Below the pieces are notes generated by a model. The model was not told the DNA's origin and did no database searches. It was given only the letters and a program-made list of their open reading frames with translations. The position numbers and the translations under genes were made by a program. Positions 52,936-64,000 of a stretch of 64,000 nucleotides of DNA are shown piece after piece. This DNA comes from Octopus sinensis (taxonomy: Eukaryota), in assembly GCF_006345805.1 (NCBI RefSeq), contig NC_043000.1, forward strand, positions 86,056,001 through 86,120,000. The letters are read 5' to 3'. Numbering within the stretch: the first letter of the stretch is position 1; each line of letters begins with the position of its first letter.

Positions 52936-53324
52936 ACCTGGGCACCAAATCATTAATCCATCAATTGTTAATTAATGAAGTTAACGTTTTCATTAGGTTA
53001 ACTTTGGAAATCATTATCAGACTAATCAACCTCCATTACATTTAACTTCCGTTAACTTAAGTCAACTTGAGTTAACTTCTGTGAACTTCAATTGAAGTTA
53101 ATGGATTTTATAGTTTTGGCACTTTTTAAAGGTGTTTTTAGATGGTTTTAGAGCAAAAACTGATTTTAGTTTTTTTCTATAATAAAAGTTAATGTTAACG
53201 GTTAATCAATAACTTCTGTTACATTAGGAAATAATTAACTGATTAACAGTTATTGAAGTTAACTTTTGGTTAATGGATTTACGATTAACAAAGTTAACTT
53301 TTCGATTAACAGTGTCCACCTTTG
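52936..53324. mobile_element. MITE-like element with many GTTAAC/TTAAC subterminal repeats
   Basis: Imperfect termini ctgggcacc / cagtgtccacctttg, with dense gttaac motifs. Confidence 0.5.
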
Positions 53325-53555
53325 GTGACTAGAAAGGAAGCTGGTGGTATCTAGGTGTCCAGGAGCTGACAGGAGCAAGATCAGTGTGTGTGTGTGTGCA
53401 TGCCAGATGTATGAATGCATAGATGTGGGTGTGTTATTGGACCAATAATACACCCCCATCTGTTAGAAGCCCTTTAAGTCACATAGAGCCAAACCAAACT
53501 GTTTTAAATAATGTGTGTGTGTGTGTACATGTATGCATGTATATATATATATATA

Positions 53556-53742
53556 AAGCACCAACCGATCATGGCCGCTGCCAGCCTTGCCTGGTGGCAC
53601 GTAAAAAGCACCCACTACACTCTGTAGAAACACTGTCAGATCAGACTGAGCCTGGTGCAGCCTCCTGGCTTCCCAGACCCCAGTCGAACCGTCCAACCCA
53701 TGCTAGCATGGAAAACAGATGTTAAACGATGATGATGATGAT
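53556..53742 (+). mobile_element. RTE-tail repeat, short
   Basis: ggcacgtaaaaagcacccactacact...ccatgctagcatggaaaacagatgttaaacgatgatg. Confidence 0.75.
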
Positions 53743-54977
53743 ATATAATATAATGTAATATAATAGTTATATTATATATATTATATAAGTAAATCCAAGA
53801 ATTAAGTCATATGTACTGAACATAAAGCAAAGAATTTTGAATGTTATCTAGCTGTTATATCTGAATTATTCCTGTTAAGAAATTCTATCTTTACTTATTC
53901 TTGTGTCTTTCTTGATAGCTAAATATCAGTTATAGCTTCTTTAGTTAGTTTTTCTCATTACTTAGATATACAGAAAGTAGAGCTGCATAAAGGACAAGCA
54001 AAATATAAGATTTATGATTCTTCTGTTGATGCTCAGTACCCTGTAGGCCCAGCAGCAACTGGTTTTTTACAAACTGTGAGTAGCCCATCCCCAGGATAGA
54101 AGTATTAGGTCAGCATTGGAAGGCAAGCTGTGCATTAAATATGATGCAATTTGCCTTGATTACCACACTGAATTTCAGAGAGGGTGATAAATATATGGAG
54201 ACTTTGGCATAGATAAATACCTGGAGAGTATGGTGTAGGTGTGTTGATAAAACTGCTAGAAGAACAGTTTCAGAGAAGCATAATTTTGTATGACTAGAAT
54301 TTCCCAAGATATTTTTAATAACACACACACACGCACATGTGTACACACACACACACACAAGAAAACAATGGCTACGTTTTAAAACCATAAACAGAAATGA
54401 AATAAAGAAAATGTATGAACTCACTGATGTAGTCAAAGTTTCATAAGTGGCATTATCTCGAGAATCTGAAATATTTAAATCATTAAAAAAATGAATAGGA
54501 AGGGCATCCAGATGTAGAAACCTTGCCATATCAGATTGAAGCCTGGTGTAGCCTCCTGGCTTGCCAGACCTCCATCAAACCACCCAACCCATGCCAGCAT
54601 GGAAAGCAGATATTAAATTATATCTGCGGCAAGTTAACTCGGAATCCCTTGACAACAATGTAATTTTCATTTAACTAAGGTATCTTTGACCTGAGGAGTA
54701 ACTAGTGGGGCACCCCTCATTGAGTAATATTACTTCCAAGGTTCTGCTAGCTAGGAAACAAATTTAGCCTGGATTTTATCTGATTTCTCTCAATTTGGAT
54801 TTTATTTACATTCATAGCAACCCTAGTTGCTAACTCTGAACTATAAAAAAACTCTCTTCAGCTTATTGAACTTCAATAATGGGAAAAACAACATTCTAAG
54901 CTGATAAACTATTATTGTTCCTGACTGCTCAAAGCTTACTAACTTCCTATACCTAGATCCTTGGATCTTACACTTAC

Positions 54978-55023
<46 letters not shown>

Positions 55024-55026
<3 letters not shown>

Positions 55027-55221
55027 ATTTTATAAGCGATCAGCATGTAATGACTAAAGAAAATAGTCTAATATTGGGGTATATAAGCCCTCGACAGTAA
55101 AAAGTAAGGTTTTCCATCCCATGCATCTGGAAAACCCTACTTTTTTCCATCAAGGGCTTATATGTACCAGTATTAGACTATTTTCTTTAGTCATTACACA
55201 GTGATTGCTCATAAGCTTTAA
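55024..55221. repeat. Imperfect ~200 bp palindrome after (TA)n
   Basis: tgtaatgactaaagaaaatagtctaata...tataagccct / agggcttata...tattagactattttctttagtcattaca. Confidence 0.9.
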
Positions 55222-55944
55222 GTTTATAAAGTATTATTATTGTTATTTACAGAATTGTAAAAATAGACACTGCTTACCAAAAAACTATCACATGTATATA
55301 TATATATGTATATGATAAGCTTTTCCAAATTTTCTTCAATCAAATCCACTTACAATGAAAGGCTTTGGTCAGCCAGAATCTACATTAGAAGACATATACT
55401 CAAAGTGCTATGCAGTGCAACTGATCCCAAAATCTGGTGGTTTGGAAGTGAACTTCACAACCACACAGCTATGCCTTGCACCCTAGGCCTTAGTCAGCCT
55501 AGAGGGTATTTAATTACATAAAAGAAATCATAAGTTATTGATACAGCTTAACACATATTACTTTATATAGTTCACACTCTTTCTGAAAGAACATTAAGTA
55601 TGCAAAATCATATTTTCCATTAAACATCTCAACTCTGTGTATGAAAACTTACAATTGTAAAAGTTATGAAGGTAATTCTGTTGCTTAATGTATAAAGTAT
55701 TTTGTACACGAGGGCTGGATATTCATATTTCCAGCCTTAAAGCTAAGAGACTTCTAGTGATATAAAATCATTCCTAAGTAATACTAAGTTGCTCCTTCAG
55801 ATTCGCATTTTTAAAATCTTTTAAATACAAATAAACAGAAAAAATATAGAGAGATTAGAAAGGAAAAAGAAAAGCAGAGGTAAAACAACAAAAGATGGAG
55901 TGGGAGGGCCACATACCCCAGAACAAATGGTGTCCTCAGCAACA

Positions 55945-56148
55945 CCCTTCAATAATGATTTCAATGGCTTTGTCACAGAGAGTGGTCAGCGACACTCACT
56001 GCAGTAACCACTCCACCTCATGAAGCACATTTCTCTGCTGGGCTGCCGTTATCCCTATTTTGTGAAGGAAATCGGTAGTATGGAGTCTGAGAACTCTCAA
56101 TGTCTCAACAGTGACTGTCACAAACTGATAGTGGCCAGTCAGGCCCCT
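55945..56148 (-). pseudogene. CRE-like non-LTR element C-terminal fragment
   Basis: YQFVTVTVETLRVL...FLHKIG...EVEWLLQ*VSL resembles the FVPVAVETLG...WLxQRLSLA terminus of CRE-type elements. Confidence 0.5.
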
Positions 56149-56323
56149 CTTTTTATTGATTTTTTAGTATGTTTCAAGGAAAGAAATGAATATTAAATGC
56201 TTTCATTAATTATCAACTATAACATTATTTTCAGTATCATTATTTTCCATCTTAAGTGGAAACTAAATGGCATGGTTTAAAAGAAAGATTGAACAAAATA
56301 AATGTTTACAGAAACCAACTTAC

Positions 56324-56419
56324 CTGTTGAATTAAATTTTCTTTGGGTTACCATTTTTCCGAAAAGATTCTTGATTTCAGTTGACTCAGATGTTTGAGAA
56401 CACTTATATGGTGACATTC
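56324..56419 (-). CDS. Candidate 96 bp internal host exon (phase 1-1)
   Basis: Acceptor ctttgtag|, donor cag|gtaagt, length divisible by 3. Only one frame is open: xMSPYKCSQTSESTEIKNLFGKMVTQRKFNST. Non-repetitive sequence. Confidence 0.5.
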
Positions 56420-56620
56420 CTACAAAGATATTTAATCGATTTAATCAATATATACATATATATATTTCTAATATTTACTCACTCACACACACACATACAA
56501 ACACATTTTTGGAAACACATGGCTATAGAGTTGTTTTAATGTTTTCCCCTTTAACATTTTTCAACCTTGTAGATCTCAGCACTACTACATTTAATATTAG
56601 TTTTACCAGTAATAGCCCAC

Positions 56621-56691
56621 GGGCATATGGTGTAGGGGTTAAGAGCATAGGCTACTAATCCCAAGATTTCAAGTTCGATTCCAAGCAGGGA

Positions 56692-56735
<44 letters not shown>

Positions 56736-56872
56736 TTGGAAAATTCCTTAGGAATGAGAACCCAGGTTCAAAATTCCCCTAGGACACCTGATGAAGGCTG
56801 GAGAGTACATCAGCCAAAACATTGTGTTAACAACAAACAAGATGAGGACAAATATCTGTCAAATGTAAATAA
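56621..56872 (+). mobile_element. tRNA-headed element carrying a hammerhead motif
   Basis: A box tggtgtagggg (56628), B box gttcgattc (56673), (AAT)n, then acac-CTGATGA-aggctg..cagcc-(A)AAAC-att-gtgt (56783-56828). Confidence 0.7.
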
Positions 56873-58720
56873 GAAAGCCTTCATGGATGACGTGACAGTT
56901 CTAGCTGCAGATAAACAAATCATGCAGAATGCCCTCTTGAGATTAGACAAACTTGTAAGATGGTCAAGGATGCGATTTAGAGCAAAAAAGTCGCGTAGTC
57001 TGACATTTGTTAAGGGAGTGCAGGAAGAATTTAAGTTTCGAATATCTGAAGAAAGCATTCCAACAGTCAAGGAAGAGCCCGTCAAGAGCTTGGGACGAGT
57101 ATACGCTGGAACATTGTCAGACAGAAGTTGTGGGATTGAAATTATGAAACAGGCCGAGGCTGGGTTATCAGCAATTGATAATTCGAAGTTACAAGGTAAA
57201 TATAAAATTTGGTGCTTGCAGTTTGGCTTGTACCCGTGACTTGCGTGGCCACTTTCAATATACGAAGTAGCATTGTCACGAGTTGAAAGGATTGAACAAA
57301 AATGTAATGTGTTCATAAGAAAGTGGCTAGGCCTACCTCGTATGTTGAACAGCTCAGCTCTTTATCGTAAAAGATATAAGCTGGGGAAGATACGGACGGT
57401 CATGATGCTGAGAGAATCGAAGGATATGGAAATCAGGCATAACCCACCAGAGGTGAAAAGAGCCAGGAAGTGGAAAGCAGAAGCAGAAGCAGAAACTGAC
57501 GACATCTTGTCTTCTCTTATACACAGAGATATGGTGGGAGCAATGCAGAACCATCGGAAAGGACTTGGTTTTGGCGCAGATCAGTTCAGACCGTTTGCAA
57601 GCATGATGCGGAGTGAATGTAGATCTGTTGTTAGCAACAGCGTCAAAACAAGAGAAGCAGAGAGAAGAGAGCTTCATTTGATCCGATGTTTTCATCAAGG
57701 TCAGATGACGAGATGGGAAGAACATGTTGTTGAGAGGAAGATAAGTTGGGATGAGATGTGGAAGTGGACGACATCTCGGCTGAGTTTCCTGATTCGTTCA
57801 TCTTATGATGTTTTGCCATCACCTACGAATCTAGTAAGATGGAGCGTCTTAGAGAATGACATCTGCAAATGTGGAAAGGTCGGTACACTAAAACATATTC
57901 TTTCCAACTGCTCATTAGCATTGAACAGGTACACATGGAGGCACAACTTGGTCCTTAAGGTTATCTTCAATGCTATAAAGAACCAAATTCATCTCAACAA
58001 CACTGAGGAAAAACCGTTAAAAGTACCATCAAGAGATTTCATTACCTTCGTGCGACCAGGTCAGCGGATTCGTTTCAAGAAGAAGATCAAGAAACTTCCT
58101 GAGAAAAATGAAAAGTGGAATGGCTATTGGGAGGTAACTGCAGATTTACCTGGGTGCCAGGTTTTCTTTCCCATCCCAGTTTCGAAAAAAACAGATATTT
58201 TGATGTGGTGTGAAAGAAAGAAAGTTGTAAATATAGTCGAGCTAACGGTTCCTCATGAAGACAATATGGACGCCGCTCGGGCTCGAAAATTGAACCGTTA
58301 TGAAAACCTCCTTGAGGAATGTGAAGATGCAGGCTGGAAAGCGGAACATTTTCCTATCGAAGTCGGGTGTAGAGGGTTTGTTGGTCACAGTGTGAGACGA
58401 CTGTTGTTATCGCTAGGCCTAACTCATCGTAAAGTCAATACCACCATGACTGATATTCAATCTACAGTGGAGAAGGCTAGCCACTGGATTTGGTTAAAAA
58501 GAGACAATGAGCGATGGCTAGAAGTATATTGAGTTCTTCATAACCAGCTGATCTAGCAAGCGGGGCCTCATATCAGTGAGGGGGGCCGGTACGCATTGAT
58601 GCCGTCGAGAGGTAGGCCCCGAAATGGCGCGCATTCTCTCCTGATGACCCCATACACTTGCTAGCTTCCAGTATACGGAGCTTTTAACTGGTAGCACTTG
58701 CATGTGCAAGTTGTTTGCAA
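56873..58720 (+). pseudogene. HERO-like (R2 group, restriction-like endonuclease) non-LTR retrotransposon, 5'-truncated
   Basis: KAFMDD, KKSRSL, PVKSLGR, RKWLGLP, RLSFLIRSSYDVLPSPTNL, CKCGKVGTLKHILSNC, RYTWRHN, ELTVPHE, EVGCRGF. One internal TGA at 57237-57239. Confidence 0.88.
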
Positions 58721-58941
58721 GATACCTAGTAAGATTACTCATACAAAAATTAATCAAAGTGGTATATAAATGTACCACTCCTTACATGACACTTCACAAC
58801 AACAGAATATATCCAAAGCTAGTGTCAGTGACATTGTATCTCCAAATGGATGTATCTCATAGACATTCGAAATACTAATTGGAGAAAATATCAAAAGCAG
58901 TCTCTATAAGAAGCAACAGCTAAGGTGCCACAGCAGATTAT

Positions 58942-59169
58942 TTGAACCTTTTGTTCCCATATTTTTGTCAAAATATATTGCCTTAATTTCAATTAATTTT
59001 TGAAAATAATGAAGTTCATAAAGTAACTTTGTCATAATTAAGCTGGTGTTTGGGATATAAATTAACATGAAATTTTGATGGAAGGTTTTAATTTCAAGTA
59101 CCTTGAAATAGGACATTTGCATCAGAGAGTAAAGAATGATCTCAGATGTATTGGTATAAAAATGGTTAA
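58942..59169. mobile_element. piggyBac-like MITE
   Basis: aaccttttgttccc...ggtataaaaatggttaa. Inverted homology to 8978-9204. Confidence 0.55.
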
Positions 59170-59975
59170 ACAGCAATAATCCATGCATGATCTACAGTTT
59201 CATTATTCAACTGTGACATTAGTCAACTATAAACATTGAATATTGTCAAATATAGCTGATTTATTTGTAAAGGAAATGTGGTTATTAAAAATATATATAC
59301 ATAGTAACTGTGAGGAAAGGAAAACAAAATGTTTTGAGCTCAGGTCCTTTATCAAGGAAGATAAAAGAGAGAGTTCAATGCACTATTATTTTGGGAGTTA
59401 ACTCTAAGATAACATTATACTGAACTCTCACTCTTCTCTTCTCTTCCGTTCCATAATACAGCACTTGAACTTGTAATGTATCATTTCCTTACCTCACATT
59501 AACTCTACTTATTTGAACTACCGTATTTACTTTGGATTACTTGTTGTCAATGCCAACTCACACCAGTTCTAAATTTTACTTTGTTTTATTAGCTATTAAT
59601 TTTGGTAAACTTTCAAATAGGCCCCACCTTTCATTCATACTGGTTGTGTTTTGAGGTGCAAAAATGTTTCAATGCCAAACAAGATATTTCCTTTTGTTTT
59701 TGAGGGCTTGCCAAAAGAGAACTTCAACCATCGTGGTTGTGTTTGGCAATGTTCTTCCTTAAAGATTACAGCATTCTTATGAAAAGGAATGGTTGAGGTT
59801 ATTTTTTTTTGTAAACAGAAATAGCATTTCATAATTTCTAAGAGCATTTGCTAGCAGTGTCATTGGAATGAAGTCATTGTAAGAAAGCATCATCTCATTG
59901 TTGAGTGGAATTACATGAAAAACATTAATTCCTTGTGTATGTTTGTAAGTATACACACAGGCATGCACGCGCGCG

Positions 59976-60010
<35 letters not shown>

Positions 60011-60029
60011 CACACACATGAACAAGAAT

Positions 60030-60200
60030 AGGCATGGCTGTTGGTTAAGAAGTTCACTTCACATCCACATGGCTTTGTGTTCAGTTCCTCTGTATTATAC
60101 CTTGAGCAAGTATCATCTTTATAGCCCCAGGCTGAAGTGTGGAGTCTTGAGTGTGGATTTGGTAGATGGAATCTGAAAGAAGACTTGTGTGTGTGTTTGT
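60030..60200 (+). mobile_element. SINE family A (degenerate)
   Basis: ggcatggctgttggttaagaagttcacttc...ccttgagcaagtatc...gtggatttggtagatgga. Confidence 0.65.
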
Positions 60201-60291
60201 GTATTCATATATGCACACACACAATAGATGGCTAAGAACTAATGCATACATATTTGCACACACACACATACACACACACATGTACTAACAC

Positions 60292-60424
60292 CAGGACTGG
60301 CCCTAGGGTTGCTAAACTTTGGTCTGTACAAGCTAATGGTCATGGAAATTTCCTTGTCTTTGTCATGCCCTCCTTGGTGTCCCCTAGCAACTGCCTGAGT
60401 TGCTGTTACCTAGAGCCGGCCCTG
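60292..60424. mobile_element. hAT-type MITE
   Basis: TIRs caggactggccctagg / cctagagccggccctg; 8 bp target duplication actaacac / actgacac. Confidence 0.75.
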
Positions 60425-60913
60425 ACTGACACACACCAATAACGAACATGCAGCTGATATACACAGCAGACAACATACACCCACATATTCACCCATGTGA
60501 GTACTCACATGCAGTTGATACACACCTGCACACATACATACACACACCCTACCAAGCATGCACATACACATCAACACCCACCAATTTCCAAAGAACGTAA
60601 TACTATCCAGTCTGTCAAACAACAAACACTGTGGACATGTTTTACACAGAGAACTGGGAAAAAAAATGACACTGTTGAATGAGCCTTTTGAAGGGATATA
60701 TGAACCTACTCATGCAAACACGTACATACTTCATGTCCAGAATGTCAAAGGCCTTTTTACCTTTTCCTCTTTCTTTTCAAGCATGAAACTAATTACAACT
60801 TCATAAAAACTTGTCCCTCTTGTGTTTTTCTTGGTTTTGCTCATTCATCATATACATACATACATACAAATATATATATATATATACACACACATACACA
60901 CACATATATATAT

Positions 60914-60950
<37 letters not shown>

Positions 60951-60980
60951 GCATATATATATATATATGCATATATATAT

Positions 60981-61027
<47 letters not shown>

Positions 61028-61139
61028 TATATATATATGCATATACATAGATATGTACACACACACACACACATATATCCTTTTACATACAAGTATTCTT
61101 TCTAAGTTAAGGTAGATTGTATATTATATAACCCCCTGT

Positions 61140-61560
61140 TATCAGCAGTGTGGTAGTGAAAAATGTACAGTGAATATATAGGATGTGAAAAGGCTGGAAA
61201 GAAATGATGCAAGCATGCTCTGCTAAATGTGCAATGTTAATGTGCATGACTGACAGTGCATAAATGAGCTGAAAAGTAAACTAAGTCTAAGAGGAACCAG
61301 TAGCAGTGTACAAGAGAAGCAATTCTGTTGGTATGGATATGTAATGAATATGGAGGATGACAGTTAGGTAAAGATATGCCAAGCAATCTAAGTAGAAGGA
61401 ATCTGGTGAAGCAGAAGACCAAGGAAGACATGAGAATAAGTGATGAGAGCTGATTGAATGCATGAAGGTGACAAAGGACCAGAACAAATAGTGAGATGAT
61501 GTGGTGTAGATGATCATCAAAACATGCTAACATAGAAAAAGGGAAAAGAAAAGGATGATG
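61140..61560 (+). pseudogene. Degraded RTE LINE 3' fragment
   Basis: aaggctggaaagaaatgatgcaagcatgctc...gcagtgtacaagaga, homologous to ~16300-16600. Confidence 0.65.
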
Positions 61561-61571
61561 ATACAGATGAT

Positions 61572-61609
<38 letters not shown>

Positions 61610-61614
<5 letters not shown>

Positions 61615-61897
61615 ATATGTGACAATTATTTGGTTACCATAATAAAACTCCAAGTTTCGGATGTTGGGGTGGAAATCTGCTCCAGCATCTTAGTTATTAA
61701 GACAAACAAGAATAGCATTTTTGCTTGTCTTAATAACTGATGAGATGCTGGAGCAGATTTCTGCCCTGACATCCGAAACTCAGAGTTTTATTATGTCAGC
61801 TGAATAATTGTCACATATTATATTACAGATAAATTCCTCTATTTACATAATATTGAGGACTCAGTCATTCTTTTGTTGTCATACTATTACTATTAAT
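61610..61897 (+). mobile_element. Fold-back element (inverted arms 61610-61822 + tail) in (TA)n with an HHR at 61732-61792
   Basis: Arms ataatatgtgacaattatt / aataattgtcacatattat. HHR aataa-CTGATGA-gatg..catcc-GAAACTC-a-GAGTT-ttatt. Confidence 0.8.
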
Positions 61898-63009
61898 ATA
61901 TATATATATGAGTCAGAGAGGGAGAGACATGGGAGAGAGGGGAAGAGAGAGAATTTGCTTGTGTGTACATGTGTGAGAGTCTAAAGTTAGATGTTAGTTT
62001 GTATCAATGAAGTCAGCATATCTTGGAGTGAAGAGTTTCCTCCAAATCTCATTCCTGGCTTTATATATGTTCTACAGAAATGACAATGCATCTTTCATTT
62101 TGCCATTTATCAAGGTTAATGTAATTTTCTGCTACCAAACCAAAAACATCAACCAATTCTGACAAGATTAATCTCACATACATATATTTTTAAGCACGTT
62201 CATGTTTTTTTTTATATTATTATTGTTGCATTTCAGTCTTCAATATTGATAACTTTTCAAAAATTGAAAGAGAAAATGTTTTCTGAATGAAGCCTGGCAC
62301 ATGCTAGTAACTTTACCATTAAAAGAAACTACAATATATTTGTACATGAAATAATAGGATGTGACAGAATAGGAAAGGAAGCAGAATATAAATGAACAGA
62401 AAATATGAGCTAAATATTTAACACAATTCTAAATAAGGACAGAACTCTCCAGACTTGCTAACCCTATCCCATCTTCACTCTAAACATTTTACTGTTCTTC
62501 AACATTATCTCTCACCTCTACCCGCTCAGTCTTTCACCAAAGGCTCCACACACAAGCTTCCATACACATTTTCACTTTTTCAAAAAATTCTTTTCTGCTC
62601 ATTCATCACTTCTAATAACTTAAATTTAACAATTCAAGCAAAATATCAACTACATTGGGTCCCACCTAGCCATCTTACTCTTTTGTTCTGTTACAACTTA
62701 ACAATGTATGGGCAAAACATGTTGCTCTCTGAAACAGTAAGTATCATAGAATACAATAAAAATAATAAAACAGTACTTAATATATAATAATTGATGTACT
62801 AATATTGAATAGCTAACAATGAAAAACAACAACAATAAAATCTAACAATAACTTACAATAGTTATTAAAGATATTATAGGTAGTATAATAATATAGATAT
62901 TATTATACTTATGATAAATTATTGGATAAATTGGCTGAAGTAATGGATTAATTCCTCCTTATATTATTAGTGAAGATCTTTACTATTTCAATTTCATGTT
63001 ATATAAGAT

Positions 63010-63220
63010 GCAGGCATAGATATGAGGTTCAGAAGTTCTCTTCCCAACCACATAGTTTTGGATTCAGTCCAACTGCATGGCACCTTGGGCAAGCATCTTC
63101 TATTAAAACTTCAGGCTAATCAAAGCCAGTGAGTGAACCTGGAAGATGGAAATTGAAAGAAGTCCATCACATATGTATATCTGTGTGTGCACGCATGTGT
63201 GTGTTTGTGTCTCCTTGTTC
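63010..63220 (+). mobile_element. SINE family A
   Basis: ttcccaaccacatagttttggattcagtccaactgcatggcaccttgggcaagc...gatggaaattgaaagaag. Confidence 0.7.
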
Positions 63221-63619
63221 ATTTCTATTTGGATATTCTTGCTCAGTTACCCTGAAATTGTTTTTTAATGTATCATATTTGATGCTTAATATGGGATGAC
63301 TTCTGGGCTGGTGGATCAACAGACTGGACATAATGTGTTAATAAGTAAAATAGTAAGTTAACTAAAAGCTAAAAGTTTAATCTTATCTATTTCTTTATGT
63401 TCTCTATATACTGTGCTGAATGTGTTTTAAGATGGTTAATTTAATGCATAAAAGTGGTTGAATTAGTTTTTATGTTTCCTGAAAAAATTCTGTAAGTATG
63501 CATCTCAGTTTATAAGATGGAAGTCAATAGAAAAATAGGTTTTGTATAACAGAATTCTATATTACAGCAAATCTTTCGGGATTGCAACTATTCTATAATG
63601 TAAGGGATAGCACTATATA

Positions 63620-63676
<57 letters not shown>

Positions 63677-63686
63677 CATACATACA

Positions 63687-64000
63687 CGAGCAAAATGCCC
63701 CACACCCACTGTCCAATGGACGGTGCTGAGTTGTCAAACATTTAAACCAAATTTTCTCAAAACAACTTGTCCGACTGTTCTATAGGCCTCCCCTTTGAGA
63801 AACACTGATTTAACCTAAATTTGAGACACCAGCAAAAGAAGAAATAAAGATACTTTTTTTCTAAATTTTCTAATTTTTGTAATTTTTCAAGACTTATACA
63901 CGCCCTGATACTGTCGGTATCTACATATCAAATTTGAGCGCAATCGGATGGAGGATGCCTGAGATCCTAGAAGACACACACACAGACAGACAGAATGGAT
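63687..64000 (+). mobile_element. Helitron/Helentron-derived non-autonomous element (DINE/HINE-like), running off the window
   Basis: atatcaaatttgagcgcaatcggatg...cacacacagacagacag resembles the 3' region of DINE-1-like elements. Confidence 0.45.

Overview
AT-rich, microsatellite-dense eukaryotic non-coding DNA. The SINE/LINE repertoire is most consistent with an octopus or other coleoid cephalopod; this is an inference from repeat recognition. Almost all interpretable sequence is transposon-derived: two mariner relics, a near-intact IR/DR Tc1 (DD34E), LINE fragments (Dong/R4, L1/Tx1-like, RTE, CR1, HERO-like, CRE-like), several tRNA-derived SINE families, MITEs, and many Penelope-like element (PLE) remnants. 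The recurring theme is hammerhead-ribozyme (HHR) motifs (CUGANGA...GAAAC...NUH). They occur in inverted pseudo-LTRs next to GIY-YIG endonuclease fragments, in small fold-back elements sitting in (TA)n arrays, and downstream of a tRNA-like Pol III head (56621-56872, a possible ribozyme-SINE). Only one plausible host exon was found (56324-56419, minus strand). Most ORFs in the supplied track are microsatellite artefacts. Boundaries of degraded repeats are approximate.
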